DNA of 63,380 nucleotides, filler included, from Octopus bimaculoides (taxonomy: Eukaryota): the NCBI RefSeq assembly GCF_001194135.2. It is 4 parts of 4 records of this genome, joined end to end, with 100 filler letters (N's around TTAATTAATTAA, not from the genome) between each part and the next. Parts side by side here need not be neighbours in the genome. Positions count along the whole stretch, not along the records: positions 1 to 31,790 come from NC_068981.1; 3 more parts are not named here. The stretch is one strand, 5' to 3'. A program made the translations under genes and the position numbers. Every line of letters starts with the position of its first letter. Within the stretch, counting starts at the first letter, position 1. The notes below the pieces were generated by a model. It saw only the letters and a list, made by a program, of their open reading frames with translations. It was not told the origin of the DNA and made no database searches. Positions 12,851-26,169 of the stretch are shown piece after piece.

Positions 12851-13629
12851 CNNNNNNNNNNNNNNNNNNNNNNNNNNNNNNNNNNNNNNNNNNNNNNNNN
12901 NNNNNNNNNNNNNNNNNNNNNNNNNNNNNNNNNNNNNNNNNNNNNNNNNNNNNNNNNNNNNNNNNNNNNNNNNNNNNNNNNNNNNNNNNNNNNNNNNNNN
13001 NNNNNNNNNNNNNNNNNNNNNNNNNNNNNNNNNNNNNNNNNNNNNNNNNNNNNNNNNNNNNNNNNNNNNNNNNNNNNNNNNNNNNNNNNNNNNNNNNNNN
13101 NNNNNNNNNNNNNNNNNNNNNNNNNNNNNNNNNNNNNNNNNNNNNNNNNNNNNNNNNNNNNNNNNNNNNNNNNNNNNNNNNNNNNNNNNNNNNNNNNNNN
13201 NNNNNNNNNNNNNNNNNNNNNNNNNNNNNNNNNNNNNNNNNNNNNNNNNNNNNNNNNNNNNNNNNNNNNNNNNNNNNNNNNNNNNNNNNNNNNNNNNNNN
13301 NNNNNNNNNNNNNNNNNNNNNNNNNNNNNNNNNNNNNNNNNNNNNNNNNNNNNNNNNNNNNNNNNNNNNNNNNNNNNNNNNNNNNNNNNNNNNNNNNNNN
13401 NNNNNNNNNNNNNNNNNNNNNNNNNNNNNNNNNNNNNNNNNNNNNNNNNNNNNNNNNNNNNNNNNNNNNNNNNNNNNNNNNNNNNNNNNNNNNNNNNNNN
13501 NNNNNNNNNNNNNNNNNNNNNNNNNNNNNNNNNNNNNNNNNNNNNNNNNNNNNNNNNNNNNNNNNNNNNNNNNNNNNNNNNNNNNNNNNNNNNNNNNNNN
13601 NNNNNNNNNNNNNNNNNNNNNNNNNNNNG

Positions 13630-13883
13630 AAAAAAGCAAATAAAACGAAGCTATGGCTTAATCAGCCAAAGGAGTAAATGTAAACAACTGAATACTTGTC
13701 AGTGATTGGTTGAAATTATCGAAATAAGACAATGTTTTACATGAAATAAATTCGAATACAAAAATATTTTTCTGTTCTATAACACAAAATAGATAAGTAT
13801 ACGAAGTTTGAAAGTCTTTCCGTACCAAAAACACTACGTAAAACATTAATGAAAAATGTGGCCCCCGTTTTAAAAAAGATCCG
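13630..13883 (-). mobile_element. Terminal fragment of the long-TIR element family seen at 26170-26844
   Basis: Reverse complement closely matches 26170-26400; ends GGCCCCCGTTTTAAAAAAGATCC. Confidence 0.85.
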
Positions 13884-14935
13884 AAAAAGTCCTAACTGTG
13901 CGACGAGTTAACAGTTTTTATGAGTTTGTCTGAGGACGAACAGCAATACAGACATTTTTCATTCTTTGATTTTTATATGGCCTCCGAAAGAGGTGACTGA
14001 TACGGTGAGAAATAGAAATTATCTTCAAACCTGACACCTAGCTCTGAATGATTGCAAGAGAACTGATTCCGCATTAAAAGTACCCATGGGTGGGCAAGGT
14101 GACGGTAAATGCGGTGATAAACCGTTAGACGAGTTAGTCAACTCAAGTCAGGAGCAGTCAACTGTATGAATAACAGTATAGAAAATATTAAAAAGAAAGA
14201 AAAAACTCACCAGGAAAAAAAAAAAGGAGAGGAGAAGAAGAGAATAGAAGACAATACAGAAGGAAATTGCGTAAGCAGAGTCAGAAAGAAGAAAAGAAGA
14301 AAGAAGTAAGGAGAAAGGAGAAGAAAAAAAAAGAAAGAAGATATGAGTATTATGGCGTATTACGATTAAAATGAAACGAAGAAGGAAGGAAAGAATAGTT
14401 AGTGGAATACAAAGTATTGTTGTTAACTTGTTCAGTTATGATCTGTGTCTAGACAGGATATAAGTGAACTGGTAGTAATCAGATAAGCTGGCCATTAATC
14501 GGAAGATCATATTAGTAGAGCTAAGCTTTCTATCTTTCCGCTCAATAATTGACGTCCTATTTTGGTGACTACTCTAAGGTAAAGGTCAAACAGATTGTTG
14601 CCATTGTTGTTGTGAAGTGGTTGTTGTTTACTTTGACATGTCTCGAGTTTCATATACTTTATTTTGTCTTTACTAAAACAAAGTGAGAAACAACAACAAA
14701 AACAACAACAAAAAGTCAATAAAATGAATAAAATAAACGCATACATACATATATATATATACATATATACAAACATAAAAACATAGCCAGTGATACTTAA
14801 AAAAAAAACTGAGATGTAACAGAGAATAGTAATCTTTTCACTACGATGGATGATTAAACTGTACTTCCGTATTGAGTACTTTCCCTCTTGTTTGTAAACT
14901 CAAACACGCACACACATTTTTGTTTGTATGTGTCT

Positions 14936-15270
14936 GTGAAGGCGCATGGTTCAATGGTTAGAGCGTTGGACTTAGAATCATGAGGTAGTGAGTTCGATTC
15001 CCGGACTGGGATGTGAGTTGTTTTCTTGAGTAAGAGACTCTATTTCATGTTGCTCCAGTTCACTCAGCTGTAGAAATGAGTTGCGACGTCACTGGTGCCA
15101 AGCTGTATCAGCCTTTGCCTTTCCCTTGGATAACATTAGTGGTGTGGAGAAGTGAGACAGGTATGCATGGGCGACTGCTGGTCTTCCATAAACAACCTTG
15201 CCCGGACTTGTGCCTCGGAGGGTAACATTCTAGGTGCAATTCCATTGTCATTCATGGCTCGACTCGCCTG
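14936..15270 (+). mobile_element. tRNA-derived SINE (head H2 + tail T3)
   Basis: A box TGGTTCAATGGTTAG, B box GAGTTCGATTCC, then CTTGAG...CCAGTTCACTCAGCTG..AAATGAGTT shared with 26898. Confidence 0.8.
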
Positions 15271-15354
15271 TAACTAAGTACGTACATACATACATACATA
15301 CAAGTATTAGTACTATTGTATTATTATTACTAATGGTACCAGTAGTACTGTTAT

Positions 15355-15545
15355 TAAGTCAGTGAGCTGGCAGAATCCTTAGCACGGCGCACAAAAGTGC
15401 TTACCGGCATTTCGCCCGTCTTTACGTTCCGAGATCAAATTCTGCCGAGCACTACTTCGTACCAGTTAAGCACTGCGGTCGATGTAATCGACTAGTCTCT
15501 TCCCTTCCACCAAATTGCAGAGCTTGTGTCCATCGTAGAAAGAAA
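15355..15545 (+). mobile_element. SINE family A
   Basis: GTGAGCTGGCAGAATCCTTAGCAC...GGTCGATGTAATCGACT, with an internal deletion. Confidence 0.8.
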
Positions 15546-15549
15546 TACT

Positions 15550-15849
15550 TTCTCTTTATCACAGAATTTGTTGGAGCTCCAGGAGTCTTGCATGCGTAGC
15601 GAGCTTCCTACCTGCAGCCTACCGTACCATACTATTCGTTCTTTTCAGCTATCTCATACTCTCCTGATTATTCTGGATGTGCCAGGGAGGCAAACCTTTT
15701 GTAACAGTTCTACTGGGAAATCAACTCCAATTTCCTTTATATTCCTCTTGATGCCTTCTGATACTCTTCCCAAGGACCTAACAATAATTGACATTATCTT
15801 CACCTTCTTCATTTTCAAAAGTCGGGCTATTTCATACTTAAGGGAGCTG

Positions 15850-15906
<57 letters not shown>

Positions 15907-16420
15907 CTCTATCTTTTCATCTTCCTTCTTGACTATTCGTGGGTGAAAGAGACATGCAACATCAATTAGGTCCGGTCTGTTACGCTCTAGCACCTGATCT
16001 GTTTGGATTGGAAAAGCCCAAAGGATTTTGTTAAAGTCCGATCCGCCACTCTCTGCTGTTTCTGCTTATACCACGTCTTGCCTCTCTCTAGCCCCCACTT
16101 TTCGCACAGTTTCCACTATAGCACTTTCACTGCCTAGTCGTATCGCCACCTGTAGTGGTTTTGGGCAGTCTAGGGCATTCGTTCGTGATATGGGCAATGG
16201 TTTCATCCACTCTATTGCAGATGCGGTACAACAGAGACACTTGTCCATTCCTCAAGCTGGCCCTCCAGTTCTTGGACAAAGCTTGGTCCTGCACTGCCAG
16301 TTTAGTGCAATCGGTTTCTTTTTTTATTTCTAGGGTTCCTTTCCTCAGCCAATCCCACCTATTTTTTCCATCAACTTCTGTTATGGCTACCTGGAATTGA
16401 TTGTGTAGTCCCTTGTTGCG

Positions 16421-16425
<5 letters not shown>
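15550..16425 (-). mobile_element. R4/Dong-type LINE 3' remnant, interrupted by (CTAT)n
   Basis: WDWLRKG..KKET...AVQDQAL, RICNRVDETIAHITNECPRL, LKYEIARL..K.KIMSIIVRSLG. Confidence 0.85.
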
Positions 16426-16452
<27 letters not shown>

Positions 16453-16516
16453 CTTCTTCTTCTTCTTCTTCTTCTTCTTCTTCTTCTTCTTCTTCTTCTT
16501 CTTCTTCTTCTTCTTC
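16424..16516. repeat. (TTC)n microsatellite
   Basis: About 30 perfect TTC units. Confidence 0.98.
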
Positions 16517-17068
16517 TGCACACCACCAGATTCTTTTCACCTGCGTGTTTTGTTTTAATGTTTCTGTGTGTTAGTATGGTATATATTTTTCTGTGCTTCT
16601 GTGTGTTAGTATTATTCTGTGCTTTTTCTCTGTTAATATTTTTACATATTGTTCATTTTATATATTTTACATATATATTGAGGGACTCATGGATTCAGAA
16701 AGCTGGATTTTATGATTTCACTAGGTTAATTCTATTCATAAAAGTTTTAATTAGGAGTATTTCATAAACCGTTAGCTTCATATTTCAACCGCTTAACTGA
16801 ACTGAGAGGGATACCGTGGAAATGCGAAATTGTGCGTGATACAGATAATATGGTGTTATTTTTGAATTCTACATGCAAAAACATATGATACAAGTATTAT
16901 TTTCCATGGGACAAATTCGTTGTTGACCAGTGTTATTCATATCGTAGTTTACAAATACAAGCATGAAAATGTTATTCAACTTTGGAGTTTTGGAGATAGA
17001 GGCCCCTTCGCACGCACACACACGCACGCGCGCGCACACGTGTGTACATATATATGTCTGTGAGTATG

Positions 17069-17112
<44 letters not shown>

Positions 17113-17754
17113 TATAGATATACATTATAGATGTATAAAACCCAACAAAGAACAAATAATGTGGAGTAACCACACCAACAATGTCAAATTGAATATATGA
17201 TTCTGCCTTAGCTGGAACGTCTGCCGCTAAGGGGTCTTCATCTTACTACCTTTAAAAAGAACATACTGAAAGAAACTATTGCAAGGAAAAATTATGACCG
17301 ACATGACTTGAATGTATTTTATCATAAGTCTGCTTGATTTTGGCCGATTTGGATTGAAATGAAAAAGACATCTGTTAAATGATTCATAGTTGACCTTAAT
17401 GTAACAAATCGATTATTGTAAACTAAGCAGAGAATTATTTCATGNNNNNNNNNNTTTGACGTCAGTATTGGAATTAAGGCCATTTGATCTGAAGGGTCAC
17501 AAACTTCAAAGACGGAGCTAATATAGAGAGGAGAAACAGAGAAAGGCAAGACATCTTGATACACATACGCGTCGGAACACACATATTTATACGTACATAC
17601 ATACATACATACATACATACATACATACATACACACATGCGCGCACGCACACACGCACGCACGCACGCACACACACGCGTACAGACATATATATAATGCG
17701 TGTATGTGCTTTTATTTATATGTATGTATGTATCTCTCACTCTCTGTATGTATT

Positions 17755-17957
17755 ACTCATTACTCATTTACTCATTTACTTGTTTCAGTCGTTTGACTGC
17801 GGCCATGCTGGAGCAACGCCTTTTGTCGAGCAAATCGAACACAGGACTTATTCTTTGTAAGCCTAGTACTTATCCTATTGGTCTATTTTGCCGAACCGCT
17901 AGATTACGGGGACGTAAACACACCAGCATCGGTTGTCAAGTGATGTTGGGGGGACAA

Positions 17958-18030
<73 letters not shown>

Positions 18031-18195
18031 CGACGGGCTTCTTTCAGTTTCCGTCTACCAAATCCACTCACAAGGCTTTGGTCGGTTCGAGGCTATAGTA
18101 GAAGACACTTGCGCAAGGTGCCACGCAGTGGGACTGACCCCGGAACCATGTGGTTGGTAAGCAAACTACTTACCACACAGCCACACCTACGCCTA
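17755..18195 (-). mobile_element. SINE family B (tRNA head, CORE-like CCTTGGGCAAG segment, internal (TA)/(TG), AAAAGAGT tail)
   Basis: Matches 24128-24545 over its full length. Confidence 0.9.
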
Positions 18196-18214
18196 TATGT
18201 ATATATATATATAC

Positions 18215-18600
18215 ATATTTTTAACTTGTTTCAGTATTCTGACTGCGGCCTTTCTGAGGCAGCTCGTTGAAAAGTTTTTGCCGAACGAATCGACTGCAGC
18301 ACTAATTTCTCAAAGCCTGGTACCTATTATATTGGTTTCCTTTGCCGAGCCGCTAATTTATGGGGACGTAAACAAACCAGCATCGCTTGTTAAGCAGTGG
18401 TGGGAGACAGACACAAACACACAGACACCCACATATTTATATACGGTAGGCTTTTTTCAGTTATCGTCAACCAAATCTACTCACGAGGCTTAGGTTAGCC
18501 CGAGGCTAGAAGACACTCGCTCAAGGTGCCACGCAGTGGGACTGAACCCGGAACCATGTGGTTGGGAAGCAAGCTTCTTACCACACAGCTACGCCTGCGC
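18215..18600 (-). mobile_element. SINE family B, directly tandem to the previous copy
   Basis: Same head and tail modules, more diverged. Confidence 0.88.
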
Positions 18601-18619
18601 CTACACGCACACACGCACA

Positions 18620-18659
<40 letters not shown>

Positions 18660-18692
18660 NNNNNNNNNNNNNNNNNNNNNNNNNNNNNNNNN

Positions 18693-18747
<55 letters not shown>

Positions 18748-18968
18748 TGAGGAGAGAGAGTTGTTACGAGTATAGAAACAATAGCACATGTACTGACAAA
18801 ATTGCTCAAGAAATTTACGTAAATAAATAGATAAAAAATATAAATAAGACTAATAAACAATAAAATAAAGTACAACATAAAACTATATAAACTAAAATTA
18901 TAAGTTCGATGATAAGATAACCAATTTGGGAAAGTTTGTGCATTTTTCCTTCTCTTTTTTCTCTACAG

Positions 18969-19080
18969 GGATTTCAATATGAGCGTCCTTTTCATAGTTT
19001 CAGTGAACTTAATACCGACAGTTCTCCAGTTACTACAATCAGCTGCTGATTCTGTATATGAACTTGTAGCAGAAGCATGA
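18969..19080 (+). CDS. Candidate terminal exon
   Basis: Very strong acceptor TTTTTCCTTCTCTTTTTTCTCTACAG. Open frames read GFQYERPFHSFSELNTDSSPVTTISC* or xDFNMSVLFIVSVNLIPTVLQLLQSAADSVYELVAEA*. No donor and no homology. Confidence 0.25.
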
Positions 19081-19575
19081 CCGCTCTTGAACATTAGCTA
19101 CCCACATTGTGGCTTTTTACTTTTAGCTAGCCATTTTGGTTCACCACGTGATGGTCCGGTCCATTTAGCTTTACTTGGATCGTCCACTCCTTAACGTGAT
19201 GGACTAGCCTCGGTCTGTACATCAGCTATGAAATGGAAGCATTTTGACCCGTTAAACTCAGGGAAGTCAGTTTTTGCTACAAACGGTTTAGTAATTTTGA
19301 TGTGAGAGCAGTTTTGATTCCCCCTGCAGTTTCAGCATTTTGAACAGAATTGTAATTGGAATCCTCGAAGGTATGCTTCGCCTCTCTCCAACATTTTGAG
19401 CATAATTGTAACCAGAATCCTTGATAATATGTTTCTCGTCTTACTTTAAACAGAATTGTAACCAAAATCTTTGATGCTATGTTTCAGATTTTTCTAACCT
19501 TCTATATTCCATTTTTATGAGCATTAGAATCTATACAATATATTGACAATTATCAATGGCCTACCATTTTGCTAT

Positions 19576-19864
19576 GTGGAGGTGCAACGGACTCGCGGTC
19601 GGAGGATCACGGTTTCGATTCCCAGACCGGACGTTGTGAGTGTTTATTGAGCGAAAACACCTAAGCTCCACGAGGCTCCAGCAGGGGGTGGTGGCAACTC
19701 TTGTATTCTTTCGCCCCAACTCTCTCTCACTCTTCCTTTCTGTTTCTTGAGTAACGCTGCGATGGACTGACGTCCCGTCCAGCTGGGGGAACACATACGC
19801 CATAGAAACCGGGAAACCGGGCCCATGAGCCTGGCTAGGCTTTGAAAGGGCGACGAAAAAAAAT
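19576..19864 (+). mobile_element. SINE (head H1 + tail T2)
   Basis: 11-bp TSD CATTTTGCTAT (19565-19575 / 19865-19875). Head as at 9054, tail as at 27045-27145. Confidence 0.9.
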
Positions 19865-20109
19865 CATTTTGCTATATCTAATTTTAGCGACTGGGATAAA
19901 TGTTTCATTGCAGTCAACTGTAACTTGCCTATGTATTTGTTTATTGATATTCATCTTGAATTCATTTAACAGAAGACATAGCATTATCAGACCTTAAACC
20001 GCATTTCATACAACCACCACATCATACTTATCGCTAAAATCTCATAACTGCGCTCATGTAATACATCTTCAAATTTCGCGTAAGTGGTGCTCCAACAGAA
20101 ATCTTACCA

Positions 20110-20300
20110 CTAATGTTCTGGTCATTAACGAACTACTTTGGAAATGCGATCGTTTTACATTCGAGTCACATTCCCGCATAGCCGAAGTTGATGTCACGTT
20201 AGTAATGCCTATAGACTGTTTGCTTTACAATGAGTACTGGTCTCCCCTGCATCCGGTGTCATGTCCAGCCATTTGATCTAATACAGGTTTTTGGGAAAGC
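20110..20300 (-). mobile_element. RTE LINE 3' remnant
   Basis: IKWLDMTPD...HQLRLCGNVTRM*NDRISK resembles IRWQD..PD...QLRWAGHVTRMPDDRIPK. Confidence 0.6.
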
Positions 20301-20804
20301 AACAAGATAGAAACTGTCTAATTGTATTCTTTGACTATAGGCGCAGTTATAACTGTATGGCCAAGAAGCACACGTTGCATCCAAGTGGTTTCGGGTTCAG
20401 TCCCACTGCACTGCGCACCGAGCTAGTGTCTTGTACTGTAGCCAATGGTTAAGAGTACTTAACCATTGACCCTGTCAACTGATCGTTGATAACATGGCTC
20501 CAGTAGCAGGTATTGCACCTGCTGCTGGTATCATATACCCGAGTATTTCTTCTCTCATAGTCCACTTATCAGCGACCAAACTGGTTCCCCGACGAAACTC
20601 TGCTTCATTAAAAACAACTCACCGAAAGGATGAGCTTCTTCAAGCCAAAGGCCATCCACAATGCTGCTGCGCACATCGATGGCGTAGTTTTAGGGAAGGA
20701 AGATTCTGTCTGTCTGTATATGTGCCTGTGTGTGCATCTCTCATTTCTCTTCCTATATACACACACACAGACACACACGCACACTACCACATACACACAC
20801 AGAG

Positions 20805-20841
<37 letters not shown>

Positions 20842-20959
20842 CTATATGTATATATTGTAAATTGCCGCCATTTTATATTTTTAATTTCGCGCAGTTAGGC
20901 ACCGACTGTGAGAAAAACATGACGCAATCCACTCAGCTAGAAATTTGAAAACGATATGC

Positions 20960-21122
20960 TGTACTTTATTTACATTATTTACAATTGACGGATATTTGTC
21001 CTCATCTTGTTTGTTGTTAACACAACGTTTCGGCTGATATACACTCCAGCCTTCATCAGGTGTCTTGGAGAAATTTCGAACCTGGGTTCTCATTCCTAAG
21101 GTATTTTTCGATGTTGTTGTTG

Positions 21123-21196
<74 letters not shown>

Positions 21197-21245
21197 ATCA
21201 CTGCCTGGAATCGAACTCGCAATCTTGGGTTAGTAGCCCGCGCTT
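20960..21245 (-). mobile_element. Penelope-like terminal-repeat fragment containing a minimal hammerhead motif
   Basis: Minus strand reads GACAC-CTGATGA-A-GGCTG(10)CAGCC-GAAAC-GTT-GTGTT. Confidence 0.65.
21019..21064 (-). ncRNA. Putative minimal type I hammerhead ribozyme
   Basis: Core CUGAUGA and GAAA; 5-bp stem II; 5-bp stem I (GACAC/GUGUU); palindromic AACGUU in place of helix III. Confidence 0.65.
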
Positions 21246-21475
21246 TTATGTGGGTGGATAAGTACACATATACGCATACCTTCTTTATCTGTTTGAGACA
21301 TTGGTACATCTGTCCAAATAAATTCATTTCAAATGGAATATGTTAATACATCTGTTGGCAAGTAAGCCATTTTTATATTGTTTTAAGAGACAACAGAGCA
21401 TTCATTTTACATTCAGAAAAAACAAAACAACTCAGTTATTATATGTGTGAATGAGAGAGAAAGAGGGTGAGAGAG

Positions 21476-21559
<84 letters not shown>

Positions 21560-21876
21560 TGACAGACAGACAGATAGACAGACAAAGTTAAAGGTAGAGT
21601 AGAAGAAGAGAAAGTGCAAGATCGATCGCATTTGTACTCAATCACATTGATCTCTTTATAAAAAGTTGTTGAAATTCGATGTCAATTGGCCTATAATGTA
21701 TAACACACATGAACATAAAAGCATAAACACACTCACACACAAACACGCACATACACACACACACACGCACACATACACACACGTATACGCGCACACGCTC
21801 ACATACATACACACACACACGCATACACACACATGCACACACGCTCACATACACACACACACATACACACACACGC

Positions 21877-21957
<81 letters not shown>

Positions 21958-22557
21958 TGCAAGCAAATATAAGTGCCTTTTCGCTATTTGCTGTTAGCTG
22001 TTTACTGTTTGTGTGGTTTTGTTGTGTGTGAATATGTGTTTGTGTCTCTTCTCTTAGTTAAATAGCAAATGGTGACGTGATAAACATGATTACCAGATCC
22101 GGTCTGTAATTATTGTATGTGTGACAGGATTAGACATACATAACTGAGCTTGACAAATCGACTTTACGCTTAATTTGCGTGATCACTGATAATCTGATTA
22201 ATCTTACAATATAACATTTTTTTTTCTCTTTTATTTCAGGCAATCGAAAAGCGTGCGCGTTCTTCCCAATTTTTTCCCCATTTTTTTTTTAGCCGTAATA
22301 TGTTACTTTTACATTGACAGAATCGTTAGGGCGACAGCGTCGGACAAAATGCTTTGAGCTATTTGCTTAGCGTTTCTTTTCCTTTTGTTTTTTTAGTTTT
22401 TCTTTTTTCGTTTTAAATTTATCTGAGGGCAGCTTTACATTTTGAACATTCCTTCGTGGGTGGGGTCAATAAAATAGGCAGCAACAGTCAAATACTGGGG
22501 ACGATTTATTACGCGCGTGGCCTTGGGTCAAGGTCAGAAATATATATTTTGCATGTA

Positions 22558-22712
22558 GACGCAGGAGTGGTAAGTAGCTTGATTAACCAACCACATGGTT
22601 CCGGATTCAGTCTCATTGCGTGGCACTTCCGACAAGTGTCTTCTACTATTGCCTCGGGCCAACCAAAGACTTGTGAGTGGATTTGGTAGACGGAAACTGA
22701 AAGAAGCCTGTC

Positions 22713-22715
<3 letters not shown>
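22558..22715 (+). mobile_element. SINE family B head (tail lost in gap)
   Basis: GCAGGAGTGG..TAAGTAGCTT...CATGGTTCCGGATTCAGTC...GGAAACTGAAAGAAGCC.GTCGTATATA. Confidence 0.85.
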
Positions 22716-22745
<30 letters not shown>

Positions 22746-23799
22746 NNNNNNNNNNNNNNNNNNNNNNNNNNNNNNNNNNNNNNNNNNNNNNNNNNNNNNN
22801 NNNNNNNNNNNNNNNNNNNNNNNNNNNNNNNNNNNNNNNNNNNNNNNNNNNNNNNNNNNNNNNNNNNNNNNNNNNNNNNNNNNNNNNNNNNNNNNNNNNN
22901 NNNNNNNNNNNNNNNNNNNNNNNNNNNNNNNNNNNNNNNNNNNNNNNNNNNNNNNNNNNNNNNNNNNNNNNNNNNNNNNNNNNNNNNNNNNNNNNNNNNN
23001 NNNNNNNNNNNNNNNNNNNNNNNNNNNNNNNNNNNNNNNNNNNNNNNNNNNNNNNNNNNNNNNNNNNNNNNNNNNNNNNNNNNNNNNNNNNNNNNNNNNN
23101 NNNNNNNNNNNNNNNNNNNNNNNNNNNNNNNNNNNNNNNNNNNNNNNNNNNNNNNNNNNNNNNNNNNNNNNNNNNNNNNNNNNNNNNNNNNNNNNNNNNN
23201 NNNNNNNNNNNNNNNNNNNNNNNNNNNNNNNNNNNNNNNNNNNNNNNNNNNNNNNNNNNNNNNNNNNNNNNNNNNNNNNNNNNNNNNNNNNNNNNNNNNN
23301 NNNNNNNNNNNNNNNNNNNNNNNNNNNNNNNNNNNNNNNNNNNNNNNNNNNNNNNNNNNNNNNNNNNNNNNNNNNNNNNNNNNNNNNNNNNNNNNNNNNN
23401 NNNNNNNNNNNNNNNNNNNNNNNNNNNNNNNNNNNNNNNNNNNNNNNNNNNNNNNNNNNNNNNNNNNNNNCTCCTCCTCCTCCTCCTCCTCCTCCTTCTT
23501 CTTCTTCTTCTTCTTCTTCTTCTTCTTCTTCTTCTTCTTCTTCTTCTTCTTCTTCTTCTTCTTCTTCTTCAACGCAATGCAATGTAAAACAATGCATTAA
23601 ATGTCTTCCTTGCCATTGTCTTGGAGATTAGCAATCACTTTGAAAAATATAAATCTATTTTAATGCTATAAAGGTGGTATAACATTTAAGCAAGATTAAT
23701 AGGGAAAAAGAAGAAAAAAAATACACACCCCGCCGTATTGATTGACATGTAGACATTTCATGCTGCACTCTATCACCACAATAATACACTAATTGATTG

Positions 23800-24100
23800 G
23801 CTGCTTGTTTCTCTGGGCGTGATCAAATGGTGTACACACCTCTGATGAAATCTCAATCAGGGTCGAAAATCGATTAAGGCTGTTCATAAGATTTTCGGTC
23901 TAGGAGAAAAGATAAATCTGACGTCATAACTTGATAACGATTGAAGTGGGTTCCCCGTTGGCAGGCATCTGATATTAAATAAAACGTTAGTGGTATGTAT
24001 GTATAAATGGAATCACTGTTTGATTCTCTGGAATTAATAAAGTGATGTAACAACTTCTGATGAACCTCCAATAAGGGTGGAAAATCGGGTGTTATTTTGG
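23800..24100 (+). repeat. About 215-bp degenerate direct repeat; each unit has a hammerhead-like core (Penelope-like)
   Basis: TTCTCTGG..(~24)..TCTGATGAA..GGGT.GAAAATCG occurs twice, with CTGATGA at 23842 and 24057. Confidence 0.55.
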
Positions 24101-24127
24101 CGTGTGATCTATAACTCAAAGGACAAT

Positions 24128-24545
24128 TCTCTTTTACTCTTTTACTTGTTTCAGTCATTTGACTGCGGCCATGCTGGAGCACCGCCTTTAGTCGAGAAAA
24201 TCGACCCCAGGACGTATTCTTTGTAAGCCTAGTACTTATTCTATCGGGTTCTTTTGTCGAACCACTAAGTTACAGGGACGTAAACACACCAGCATCGGTT
24301 GTCAAGCGATGGTGGGGGAACAAACACAGTCACAAATAACAAACACACATACATATACATATATACACATATATATACGACGGGCTTCTTTCAGTTTCCG
24401 TCTACCAAATCCACTCACAAGGCTTTGGTCGGCCCAAGGCTTTAGTAGAAGACACTAGCATATGGTACCACGCTGTGGGACTGAACCCGGAACCATGTGT
24501 TTGGGAAGCAAGCTTTTTACCACACAGCCACCCCTACGCCTATAT
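24128..24545 (-). mobile_element. SINE family B, full length
   Basis: Complete head, core, microsatellite and tail. Confidence 0.92.
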
Positions 24546-24729
24546 AATGAAATGAATAACAACATACGTACTATTTAAGGTAACACGTGATTTGGGCCAG
24601 CCCCTTAGGCGCTAAATAATCACAGGGTTGGTTTTCTCTGTGTATACAACCGAAATATCCTATCTGATATTTTGACTCTCACCAACCATAGGCCAAAACC
24701 AAAGATANNNNNNNNNNAGAAGTCCGTCG

Positions 24730-24760
<31 letters not shown>

Positions 24761-26169
24761 GACGGACTTCTTTCTGTCTACCACATCCACTCACAAGGCC
24801 TTACCACACAGCCACTCCTGCGCCTATGTACATGATCTTGAAAAAACTATTCAGTTTTAAGTCAGCTCAGATAAAGCAGTCCTCCGATTAAAGGCATGCC
24901 AACTATGAAGCCCTGCTGTTTCTGTTCAAATTCAGCGCACCTCATCTTACTTTATCCCATCCCTTCCCTTTTTAGCCGACAAATTATAACTTCAGAGAAA
25001 TTATGCTGTTATTTCTAACAGGTCAATCGACCACACACGAGCATCCTCATTGGTTTGATATCGATAGACAATGTAAATTTCAGTGTTCATAGATCTCCTA
25101 AATCATTCTGATGATCATCAAATTCTCTCGCCCGTTCTAATCCTTTCCTTATCTGAACTGATAACGACTAACATCATTAACATTTAAATCATTTGTCTTG
25201 TAGTCTTCATTATAGAAGCATATGATAAATGTTTCTTAAGCGTCTATTGAATATGCTATGCTCGAATTAGCAACAGTTACCATGTCTGTTATGAAACAAA
25301 CTATCCACGCCTTCACTAGATTGCCGATTCTTAATTTAAATTAATCAAAACTTTGGTTGCGTAGACGCATTTCAAAGTTATTTTTCATTTTGATTTTGAG
25401 TTGTCTCCCTTGCCATTGTTTGGTTCATTTAGTAACCTCCTACACGATACAGTTTTTAATCTTTATCAGTGAAGGTTATCGTGCTCCTCACATTCAGTGT
25501 GTTTAACAGATACTTCACTAGATTCCGTAAAGTATAGATTTTCGCAGTAAGCAACGTTTGCAGAAATTTACAAACCACATTAGAATAGCTTATAAACTTG
25601 AGAAACATGAAATAAAAACTGACACGGATCTCTCCCCAAGGATTATTGGAAAATTCTACCTAACACAATAACAAACCTAAAATGTAGAAAATAAACCTTT
25701 TCACTGAGAAGGTTGAACATTGGGACATGAAATAGAAAACATAGACACTGTAGGGAATAAATCTCGTTATAATCCTGGAATGGAGTGCCAAAAAAATTAG
25801 GAAGGGAACTCTATTCCGTTCAAAAGCAAGTAATTACCAGCGATTGCACAGAAGACAGAAAGCGTTATCAGACAATAGATGTAAACGTAAAAAAAAAAAA
25901 AAAAATGGAGTCTGAAAAGTATTTGCTGCGTCATTACTAAGTGTAAAGAAAAAGTCCACGAAATAGTTTCTTAGTGAAGTGATATTGTAGCTAGCCAAAA
26001 GCTATCGTAAGAATAAATTCACAACAACCACATCAGACAGACATTACAGAATCAACAGATTAAAAGAATAGACTGTAGTTAATGGCATTATAATAAGCAC
26101 ACTTTCCCTCCAAAATGTCTCACAATATCATCCGGGTCCTATGTGCGAAGTTGGGCCTTCCATAAACTG

